Position numbers and translations under genes: made by a program. Below are positions 18,970 to 26,565 of a stretch of 58,819 nucleotides of DNA, piece by piece. The stretch is from a virus. Lineage: Duplodnaviria > Caudoviricetes. The stretch covers positions 1-58,819 of IMG/VR virus record IMGVR_UViG_3300032272_000012. One strand, written 5' to 3'. The notes beneath the pieces are model-generated. The model did not search any database. It was not told where the DNA came from and saw nothing but the letters and a program-made list of their open reading frames with translations. Positions within the stretch are counted from its first letter, which is position 1, and every line of letters starts with the position of its first letter.

Positions 18970-19245
18970 TTGATTGTGGGAAAAAGAAAAAACGATACAA
19001 TAATAATATCTATGATCTTACTTCTATTCGTTGCAGCTGGATTTGTAGTCGTTCAGCTTGAGAAAGCTAAGAAAAGCATACCTGAGCCGAAACCCCAAAG
19101 TATAGAATATCTCATTAAAAGAAATTTAAGGACTGTGTGTTTGGAGGGTGTTACTTATTGGGTCAAATACCCTTTCGGAAATTATGGCTTTCTAGCAGCT
19201 AAATACGACACGATTACGGGGGAAATTGAGCGATGCGAAAACTAA
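18970..19245 (+). CDS. Membrane-anchored small protein
   Basis: TM helix, then VCLEGVTYW..C. Confidence 0.65.
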   Translation: MIVGKRKNDTIIISMILLLFVAAGFVVVQLEKAKKSIPEPKPQSIEYLIKRNLRTVCLEGVTYWVKYPFGNYGFLAAKYDTITGEIERCEN

Positions 19246-19451
19246 TATTTATTCTGGTCTGTGTTTGGCTTTCAGCTTGCTTTGAATTTCCAGACTACCA
19301 GTGCGACAAAAAAGAACAAGCTAAGTTTGTTTTGAGTTGTATTGAAAACATGACAAATGGGCTTGAAGAAATGGACACAACCCTTTCATATTCTATTCCT
19401 AATAACTGCAAAGATCTATCGAGGGAACTGTACTGCTATGCTGAGGACTAA
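19233..19451 (+). CDS. Small four-Cys lipoprotein
   Basis: LSAC lipobox. Paralogous to 20313-20618. Confidence 0.65.
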   Translation: MRKLIFILVCVWLSACFEFPDYQCDKKEQAKFVLSCIENMTNGLEEMDTTLSYSIPNNCKDLSRELYCYAED

Positions 19452-19713
19452 TACTTGCTCAGTTTGTGACGGCTCAAAAACAAACATGTTTGGCTTCAAA
19501 TGTAGAAAGTGTAACGAGTATGGAATTTTGTCTGTAGACCGTGAGCACGTTGTTTGTCCGTACTGTGGCCACGACCACGATAAGAAACAAGTAGAAATTA
19601 ATGGAGACAGCGATTTATTTGATTGCCATGGTTGTCAAAAACAATTTAAAGTCGAAATAAAATACACAGCTTTGGTTTCAACTTTCATTTTAAAAAAAAA
19701 GAAAAAAACATGA
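19438..19713 (+). CDS. Double zinc-ribbon protein
   Basis: Four CxxC pairs. Confidence 0.65.
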   Translation: MLRTNTCSVCDGSKTNMFGFKCRKCNEYGILSVDREHVVCPYCGHDHDKKQVEINGDSDLFDCHGCQKQFKVEIKYTALVSTFILKKKKKT

Positions 19714-19904
19714 AAAAAGAAAATAATATCATCGAACTAAATAATAGCTTCAAAGAAGCAAAACAATATCATGACATGATGACTAAGCAAGAAGATGATC
19801 GAATAAAATTGTTAGGATATAAACTCATCATTGGATTTGGCGTTGTGATGTTTTTGTTTGGTGTATTTTGGGGAGCATTTGGAGCGTGGGCATTTGGAAA
19901 TTAG
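19710..19904 (+). CDS. Small protein with a C-terminal TM helix
   Basis: ATGA overlap. Confidence 0.6.
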   Translation: MKKENNIIELNNSFKEAKQYHDMMTKQEDDRIKLLGYKLIIGFGVVMFLFGVFWGAFGAWAFGN

Positions 19905-20079
19905 CAAAAAAGAAATCTTGATCCAAAAGAGAGTAAGGTGTTGCTACAATTGTACTCACGTTAAGAAAAAAACAGCACACACCTTGTTTTGTATGCACCC
20001 ATGGGCTTCCAAAGAAATTTCACACGGTATAACTTCCCACGATTCTGTTTGCCAAAAACATGAGCCAACCAAAAAATAA
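19894..20079 (+). CDS. CCxxC protein related to the KAKCC family
   Basis: RVRCCYNC..CQKHE. Confidence 0.6.
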   Translation: MEISKKEILIQKRVRCCYNCTHVKKKTAHTLFCMHPWASKEISHGITSHDSVCQKHEPTKK

Positions 20080-20312
20080 TCTGCTATCATAGTCATAGAA
20101 ATAAATACACATCTAGGGCTAAATAAAATGAAATTTTCAGAAAACGAGAAAGCCCTTGTTTTGGTTTTTACTGCATTCGGGTTTGTCTGTGGTATATGGT
20201 TGGGGTGTCAAATGGTCAAAATAATGCACGAGACCGACAGGATTCACTTGATTTATGGCGGTGACTATTTTTTCTTGTTTGACAAATACCATAATTATTG
20301 AGGGTTATTAAA

Positions 20313-20618
20313 ATGCTAGAAATTGATAAAAGATTATACAAAAAAGAAGAAAACTCAAGCAAGAGTAAAAAATATTTAAAGTGGGCGCTTGGTGCAGCGA
20401 TTGCATGTTCAGGGATCGCACTATCTATAACCATCGTATTTAACAATGAATCTGGTTCTCAGATAGTCAAACAGTGCGATGGAGACAAACAAGCACAGTG
20501 GGCATTGGATTGTATCGAAAAGGGAGCTAACGGGCTACAAAACAGAAAGCGAGCGTTGATAATTGATAAGTGTTATAATAAAGCTCGAAAACTATACTGC
20601 AAAAAAGAAAAGATATAA
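20313..20618 (+). CDS. Membrane-anchored four-Cys protein
   Basis: TM helix, then QCD..CIE..C..LYC. Confidence 0.65.
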   Translation: MLEIDKRLYKKEENSSKSKKYLKWALGAAIACSGIALSITIVFNNESGSQIVKQCDGDKQAQWALDCIEKGANGLQNRKRALIIDKCYNKARKLYCKKEKI

Positions 20619-20821
20619 CGATGAAAATAGTGCATTTCACACAAATTTTAATTGGTTTAGGGTTTGAAGTCTATGGGCTTTTTAATGGCTTAGACTGGCA
20701 ATTGATTGCGCTAGGAAACTTAACTGTATATATTGGTATTATTCAATATAAAAATGACAAAATAACTATGCCTGATGATGGCAAGTAGATTTAACACAAA
20801 ATACTTAGGAGTTTTTTTGAA

Positions 20822-21133
20822 ATGAATGCAAAATTTGGATTTATACCGATTGTGATTTTTGTAGCTTACATTGGGATGATTGTTGTCTCTGAATACGTGA
20901 AAACATCGAGTGGGGTAGCTGATGCAAAGGCCGATTTAGTTGATAAGATTAAACCAGCTAAAGCCCAAAACCAGTTTATAGACTCCTACCATATACCATT
21001 AGACAAACCGTTATGGACAGAATGCCGTATTGATCCAAAAAATTTAAATGGTAGACGTTGCCATAATGATATTGAAGTTTGTTATTTTAATAAGACTGAT
21101 ATTAGTTGCTACGAAAAAACGAAAGGTAGATAA
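20822..21133 (+). CDS. Membrane-anchored or secreted Cys protein
   Basis: AGGAG RBS. N-terminal TM helix. Confidence 0.65.
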   Translation: MNAKFGFIPIVIFVAYIGMIVVSEYVKTSSGVADAKADLVDKIKPAKAQNQFIDSYHIPLDKPLWTECRIDPKNLNGRRCHNDIEVCYFNKTDISCYEKTKGR

Positions 21134-21136
21134 ATC

Positions 21137-21376
21137 ATGTTGCCTCAATTAAGTACAATGCAATTGTCATTATTTTTGTTCTCTTGCGCTATGACTATTT
21201 TTTCTATTTATAAATTTTTGGAAAAAGATAAAAGACCGCAAGTTAAGCCATTAATCAAGTGGGGTGTGCTTGTTATATTATTCTATCTAACTGCACTAGC
21301 AACCCTCAACATGGCATCATTTAACGCACTGACAAAGCCCAAAGTATTTAAATTAGAAATCGGTAGTGGTGATTAG
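21137..21376 (+). CDS. Two-TM membrane protein
   Basis: Hydrophobic helices. Confidence 0.6.
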   Translation: MLPQLSTMQLSLFLFSCAMTIFSIYKFLEKDKRPQVKPLIKWGVLVILFYLTALATLNMASFNALTKPKVFKLEIGSGD

Positions 21377-21744
21377 TGACCAAGAGAACAGATTACATCC
21401 TAACAATCGGCCAAGTTGTTGATGCTATTTTAAAAGACAATGATTTAGTTTTTGAGGCTGATTGTGGTGTTATGGAAATCGCATATCACAATGGTTTTAT
21501 CTATTGGATGTACAAGCAACGTGGACGACCGAAAGAAAAACTTAACCCTTGCCTAGTCGATCAAAATAAACGCTTTCGTATTAAGATCAAAGAATATAAG
21601 GTAAAAGGGTTTACATCAGGATTTATTAAATCAGGAGAGCCGTTAACAGTACATGATATTAATAACCTGATGATTAAAGATTTTAAGAACGTTAAGACAG
21701 CTAAGAATGATATAGAAATAGAAATTTTTCTAAGGGAGGTTTAG
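21376..21744 (+). CDS. Hypothetical protein
   Basis: Coupled ORF. Confidence 0.6.
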   Translation: MTKRTDYILTIGQVVDAILKDNDLVFEADCGVMEIAYHNGFIYWMYKQRGRPKEKLNPCLVDQNKRFRIKIKEYKVKGFTSGFIKSGEPLTVHDINNLMIKDFKNVKTAKNDIEIEIFLREV

Positions 21745-21746
21745 AA

Positions 21747-22034
21747 ATGCAAGGACTAGAAAGAATGATGGCAGTTAATCACTCAATGGGTGGGGACGGA
21801 AATCTATTCCCACAGAATTCAAAAATAGGAAGCAAAGGACAGCCGAAAACATATAGAAATATCATTAGAAAAACATATTTTACTTTTCAGACAATGATTA
21901 AAGACTATATGAAATCTTATTCTACTCCTATGCATGAAAACTCTATGTGTGATATGTGTGGTCAATTTGGAGCTATTTACAAAACCAACACACTTAAAGC
22001 ATGTTATAAAAAAGAATGTAAATCAAAATTATAA
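21747..22034 (+). CDS. Hypothetical zinc-binding protein
   Basis: GGAGGT RBS. CDMC..CYKKEC. Confidence 0.65.
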   Translation: MQGLERMMAVNHSMGGDGNLFPQNSKIGSKGQPKTYRNIIRKTYFTFQTMIKDYMKSYSTPMHENSMCDMCGQFGAIYKTNTLKACYKKECKSKL

Positions 22035-22054
22035 TATTGAGGGATGTTTAGAAT

Positions 22055-22297
22055 ATGAAAAGTAGATTTGATTATGTCAAATACGATGATAAAGCAATTG
22101 AGCAACAAGATTTATTTAAACAACAGTTTATGGTTTTAGATAGTACAGTTGCAAATATATTGGATGACTCTGACTACACAAAAGAAGTCATTAAACATTT
22201 AGAAATAGCTTATATGATGGTTGGTAAACAGGTGAGGGATCAACAAATTTTCAGGAATAGAACAGCAACCCTACAAGAAGAAAGAAAGGATGGTTAA
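22055..22297 (+). CDS. Acb2/Tad1-like helical-hairpin protein (putative cyclic-nucleotide sponge)
   Basis: RFDYVKY..helix..KHLEIAYMMVGKQV resembles the Acb2/Tad1 hairpin consensus. Adjacent to the Tad1-like gene. Confidence 0.5.
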   Translation: MKSRFDYVKYDDKAIEQQDLFKQQFMVLDSTVANILDDSDYTKEVIKHLEIAYMMVGKQVRDQQIFRNRTATLQEERKDG

Positions 22298-22299
22298 CC

Positions 22300-22668
22300 A
22301 TGGCATTAGAAACATTAAAGGGAGTGAAAGAAATTGGTGGGTATAAAGTTGCTGAATTTGATAAAAATGGTGATTTTAATTGTAAACTTAACGAAATTGA
22401 TAAATATTTTGTAGTTATTCGGCAAAGAAATAATATTATCGAATTTAAAATACAAAACGGCCCCATAAAAGAAAACGGCGTCAATGGTTGTCAAGTTGAT
22501 ACAATCATAGAAACAGCTAAAAAAATGTATGAAGGCTTTCAAAAAGATTTTGCACCATGTGAAGAGACAGCGCAAATGATTAAACATTGCCAAGCGATCA
22601 TTGATTTAACTGCAAAAAGAAAAGCAGACAGAGAAAAACGAGGCGTTGAAGGATATAGCAAAAAATAG
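22300..22668 (+). CDS. tad1: Tad1-like anti-Thoeris/anti-CBASS sponge
   Basis: IQNGPIKENGVNG..EGFQKDFAPCEET..RKADREKRGVEG matches the Tad1 pattern FQxG..G..FQ..REN..R..DR..R.V.G. Confidence 0.75.
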   Translation: MALETLKGVKEIGGYKVAEFDKNGDFNCKLNEIDKYFVVIRQRNNIIEFKIQNGPIKENGVNGCQVDTIIETAKKMYEGFQKDFAPCEETAQMIKHCQAIIDLTAKRKADREKRGVEGYSKK

Positions 22669-22676
22669 GAGAAATT

Positions 22677-22889
22677 ATGTCATATTTCCAATTCATACCA
22701 TTTTTAATTTTTTATTCAATCGTAAGTGCAATTTCAGGCGTGGTGGTTTTCTTTGATTTTAAAACTGAGCAAGTCAAAGTTAGATCGTGGGATGATTTTA
22801 AATTGTTCTGTAAGCTAACATGTGTATACGCTTTGTTGTGCGGTCTGTGGTTTCTGCTAAGTGCCTACATGCTGTTGGATATTAATTGA
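22677..22889 (+). CDS. Two-TM membrane protein
   Basis: AGGAG RBS. Hydrophobic helices. Confidence 0.6.
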   Translation: MSYFQFIPFLIFYSIVSAISGVVVFFDFKTEQVKVRSWDDFKLFCKLTCVYALLCGLWFLLSAYMLLDIN

Positions 22890-23191
22890 TGATCGAACTT
22901 AGAAAAACAGACAGAGATTTGATTAAAATGCTTTTGCATTCTCAAGGGCTTTTTGATCGGATACTAAAATACATTGAAGAACAAGGCGAGTTGAACATTG
23001 AGCTTTCATGGTGTGTGAGACGTGACACTAGGAAAAATAGGAAAAAAATAAAAGATGAGTTGGTAGACAATTACATCATGCTTGGCCAGCTTATTGAGGG
23101 CTTCTTCAAAAACGATATGGAATTTAGAGAATTGCTAGAACAAAAATTGGATGAAATCAGAAAAAAACCTGAAATTCAATCTATGTTGTAG
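22886..23191 (+). CDS. MazG-like nucleotide pyrophosphohydrolase
   Basis: EEQGEL..DELVD metal-binding motif. Confidence 0.75.
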   Translation: MMIELRKTDRDLIKMLLHSQGLFDRILKYIEEQGELNIELSWCVRRDTRKNRKKIKDELVDNYIMLGQLIEGFFKNDMEFRELLEQKLDEIRKKPEIQSML

Positions 23192-23418
23192 ACTTTCTTT
23201 TTCAGAAGTTTAATATCTTCTTTGTGATCTACCAATTTTTCTTTGATTGATTCAATATCTTTATCTATGCCTATTTGTTTGTTCTTCATTTCAGACATGC
23301 TTAAAGCCATAGAATCGAGTTTTGTTTTAATCGGCTTCATCGAATAAAGGAAAAACCATATAGTTAAACCCAAGCGTCCTAACTCTGTTCCTAGTATTGA
23401 TATGAAATCGAATGACAT
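23176..23418 (-). CDS. Single-TM coiled-coil protein (possible holin-like)
   Basis: AAGGA RBS. TM helix followed by a coiled coil. Confidence 0.55.
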   Translation of the reverse strand: MSFDFISILGTELGRLGLTIWFFLYSMKPIKTKLDSMALSMSEMKNKQIGIDKDIESIKEKLVDHKEDIKLLKKKVYNID

Positions 23419-23574
23419 TAGTTTGACTAATCCTTGGTTTTTTGATTAAAATGGTTTCATCAAATATAATGGTAACATATATTAATTTCAATAAATCATT
23501 TGATTTTTATTTATACAAAGAACTATAATGTTTTTGTGCACAAATTTTATTTATTTTTTAAAAGGACATGAATC

Positions 23575-23961
23575 ATGGCAAAAAAAGAATTAACTTTCAA
23601 AGAAGCAGTGAAAAACCTCGGCACAGCTACCAGTGATGTGGCTGTAGTGACCAAGAAAAACGCTATCGAAGCAAAAGACAAAACAGTCAAAGTAACAACT
23701 GAAACTGTTATTCCAGCTGCAAAAGAGGGATACGCAAAATCTCGTGATGTAGTAGAAAAATCTTTTGACTTTACTTATCCTAAATTAAAAGCATCAGTGC
23801 TTTATATTTGGAGTGCATTGCTTTGGTTGTATTCAAATTCTATCGGTTTGTTGCTTGGCAAAAAAGAAAAAGTTAAGCCAGTATCAAAGAAGAAAACTTC
23901 TTCCAAGAAAAAAGTTTCAACTAAGAAAAAAATAGCTAAAAAAGCTTTAACTAAAAAGTAA
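23575..23961 (+). CDS. Hypothetical protein with Lys-rich tail
   Basis: Own promoter-like TATAAT, RBS and terminator. Confidence 0.7.
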   Translation: MAKKELTFKEAVKNLGTATSDVAVVTKKNAIEAKDKTVKVTTETVIPAAKEGYAKSRDVVEKSFDFTYPKLKASVLYIWSALLWLYSNSIGLLLGKKEKVKPVSKKKTSSKKKVSTKKKIAKKALTKK

Positions 23962-23994
23962 GCACTCCTCTGTTTACTTCGGGATTGTTCAATT

Positions 23995-24031
23995 AGGCTG
24001 GTCAAGATTTCTTGATCAGCCTTTTTCTTTT
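23995..24031 (+). terminator. Rho-independent terminator
   Basis: AGGCTGGTCAAGA/TCTTGATCAGCCT plus T tract. Confidence 0.8.
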
Positions 24032-24212
24032 CAAATATGTTAAAATACCCACAAGAGCAACTACCACAATTCAATTAAATCATTGTCATTCAAGGGCTAT
24101 GAAGGATGAAGTTGACCACGTTTAAAATAAATTTAATGGTCATCATTTTTTTGGTGTTTGTTTGTTGCACTTGACTTTCGTTAGACTAATCTATAGCGTT
24201 GAAACGGCCTTT

Positions 24213-24289
24213 CTGTCCGTGTGCTTTAGGCTTTCGATTATGATTTGACTATGCGTCACTCAAGTTTTATTTGCCTAAAGCACACACAG
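24213..24289. other. Long inverted repeat in the non-coding region upstream of terL
   Basis: GTGTGCTTTAGGC/GCCTAAAGCACAC, a perfect 13-bp stem extended by CTGT/ACAG. Confidence 0.6.
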
Positions 24290-24449
24290 GGGTTGCCAAC
24301 CAGCTTTATGATGAAAAATTTCAATTTTTATTTAAACTTTTTTCCTTAGTGATAAAGTTTTTTTGAGTAAACCTAGCAAGTGAAACTCAGTGATTGAAAG
24401 ATAAGCATTTTAGAGTTGGTTTTTTAGTGTCATTAAATGTACAATGTAA

Positions 24450-25859
24450 GTGATTTCAATAACAACTAGGCTCAAGTTTTTCATGGATGATAAAACGCTG
24501 CTTAAAATGAAATATGCTTTTCCGCACACGTTTGCTAATCACGTAACTGATGGCGAATTTGAGATATACCCCTATATTGCCATGATCGGAAAAAAAATAT
24601 CTGAATTGATCAAGCAGGGCGGTGGTAAGCTAGTTGTTGAAATGATGCCTAGAAGTGGAAAATCATTCTTCATTTCACAATGGGTTCCAATCTGGTTTTT
24701 GGAAATGTACCCACACAAAAAAGTTATTTCAGCAACATATTCAGCAGATCTTTCCCGTGAGTTTGGGCGCAAAGTTAGAAATGAGTTTATTAATAATCCA
24801 TACCTAACGACAGAATTGGATTCTACAGCTACTAGAGCCGATGCATGGATGACTAAGCAAGGCGGTGGTATGTATTCGGCTGGCGTTGGTGGTCCGCTCA
24901 CTGGCCGTGGAGGTAATTTACTTTTAGTCGATGATGCCGTAAAAAACTGGGACGAAGCTGCAAGTCCTACATATAGACAACGAAACGTTGATTGGATGAA
25001 AACTACTCTATTAACAAGGGGTGAGCCGAACGCTGTATTTGTCATCTTAATGACACGATGGCACGAACAAGATTTGGCTGGAGTTATGCAGCAAGAAGGT
25101 GGCTGGGAAGTGATGAGATTCCCAGCTATAGCTGAAGATAACGACATTCTAGGTCGTAAAGTTGGAATGGCTTTAAATCCCAAAAGATATGGAATAGAGC
25201 GACTTGATGAGATCAGAAAAGCCCTTGGATCAAAATTCTTCTCTGCAATGTACCAACAAAGACCATCCCCAGAAGACGGTGATATTTTCAAACGCCACTG
25301 GTTTAAATATTACAAGAGAGCTGACAGACCACAACAATTTGATGCTATCTGTCAGTCGTGGGATATGGCATTCAAGGACACTAAAGGTTCTGCTTATGTT
25401 GTAGGTCAAGTTTGGGGTAGGAAGGGCGCAAACTTCTATTTGATTGATCAGATTAGAGATAAATTAAACTTTACCGAGTCGTGCAAGGCTGTTATTAATC
25501 TAACAAACAAATATCCAGACGTAAAAGCAAAGCTGATTGAGGACAAAGCCAACGGACCGGCTATTATTAATACACTTAAAGGCAAAGTTTCTGGTATAAT
25601 ACCCTTAAACCCACGTGGATCGAAAGAAGCTAGAGCATACGCAACGCAACCACTGTTAGAAGCTGGAAACATATTTTTGCCTGACCCTACAGAAAGCCCA
25701 TGGGTTGAAGATTTTTTAGAAGAATGTGTTACTTTTCCGAACAGTGATTATAAAGATCAGGTTGACTCATTTACACAAGCTTGCGATTATTTGGGTGAGA
25801 AGAATAAACTATCAGACATAAATATTTTGGGCATAACGAAAACTAGTACATGGTTATGA
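24450..25859 (+). CDS. terL: Terminase large subunit
   Basis: Walker A PRSGKS, Walker B LLLVDD, YQQRP, nuclease SWDMAFK..IEDKANG..DQVDS. The start may instead be ATG 24483. Confidence 0.95.
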   Translation: MISITTRLKFFMDDKTLLKMKYAFPHTFANHVTDGEFEIYPYIAMIGKKISELIKQGGGKLVVEMMPRSGKSFFISQWVPIWFLEMYPHKKVISATYSADLSREFGRKVRNEFINNPYLTTELDSTATRADAWMTKQGGGMYSAGVGGPLTGRGGNLLLVDDAVKNWDEAASPTYRQRNVDWMKTTLLTRGEPNAVFVILMTRWHEQDLAGVMQQEGGWEVMRFPAIAEDNDILGRKVGMALNPKRYGIERLDEIRKALGSKFFSAMYQQRPSPEDGDIFKRHWFKYYKRADRPQQFDAICQSWDMAFKDTKGSAYVVGQVWGRKGANFYLIDQIRDKLNFTESCKAVINLTNKYPDVKAKLIEDKANGPAIINTLKGKVSGIIPLNPRGSKEARAYATQPLLEAGNIFLPDPTESPWVEDFLEECVTFPNSDYKDQVDSFTQACDYLGEKNKLSDINILGITKTSTWL

Positions 25860-25878
25860 TTTTAAAAAAGGACGTTTA

Positions 25879-26550
25879 ATGAAGACACCAAAAAAATCAA
25901 TGGAAATAATAATAGAAAATCAATATGAAAATCATTATCTTGATTATCCTTTTATAAAAGAATGTAGCGATAAAATTATTCAATTAAAAGAAAACGGTGG
26001 TGGTAACTTAATTGTCGAGTTGCCACCTAGAACTTCAAAAACAACATTTTTTGCTAATGCTGTTCCAGCTTGGTTTAGCGGTAATTATCCAAAGGAAAAT
26101 ATTCTTATTGGTTCAAATCTTAAAGAATCAATTCAAAAATTTAAAAGCTGTATTCACACTGGTAGATATGATTTGTGTAAAGTATTTAGTATCATTGATA
26201 GGAGGTATGATTTAATGATTTTTGATGACCCAATGAAAATGAATGAATCAAAAAACTCAGAAGTAAACAAATGGTTTTTAGAATCTTTATTAACAAGAAG
26301 ACAAGAAAATTGTGTTACAATTATTGTTATGAGTAGAGTTTTAAAAAATGATATTGCTGGCATTTTACGCAAAGAAAAAGATTGGAATATATTAAGTTAT
26401 CCAATGTTAAGTGAAAAATTTGCGAATATAAAAATTAATCCAATGCTAAGAAAACACCCTAATGCGAATATTAATCATGCAGATCATTTAAAACACACAT
26501 TAGGAATAAATTTATTTGATGCTATGTATCAACAAAGCCCAAAAAAATAG
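25879..26550 (+). CDS. Degenerate TerL ATPase-domain paralog without the nuclease domain
   Basis: Colinear with the TerL N-domain: GGGNLIVELPPRTSKT, LMIFDD, LLTR, DIAG, AMYQQSP. Confidence 0.85.
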   Translation: MKTPKKSMEIIIENQYENHYLDYPFIKECSDKIIQLKENGGGNLIVELPPRTSKTTFFANAVPAWFSGNYPKENILIGSNLKESIQKFKSCIHTGRYDLCKVFSIIDRRYDLMIFDDPMKMNESKNSEVNKWFLESLLTRRQENCVTIIVMSRVLKNDIAGILRKEKDWNILSYPMLSEKFANIKINPMLRKHPNANINHADHLKHTLGINLFDAMYQQSPKK

Positions 26551-26565
26551 GATTGGTTAAACGCT

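Noticed and set aside
3257-23191. Stop-codon reassignment explaining the many short ORFs
   Set aside because: Long conserved genes end properly in TAA, TAG and TGA, and the short ORFs are start-stop coupled.
24032-24449. tRNA genes in intergenic gaps
   Set aside because: No cloverleaf with a T-loop GTTCRA and acceptor stem was found by eye.
24572-25291. 239-aa antisense ORF within terL
   Set aside because: A shadow of a conserved gene, with no RBS or motifs. The same applies to the other antisense ORFs in the structural module.
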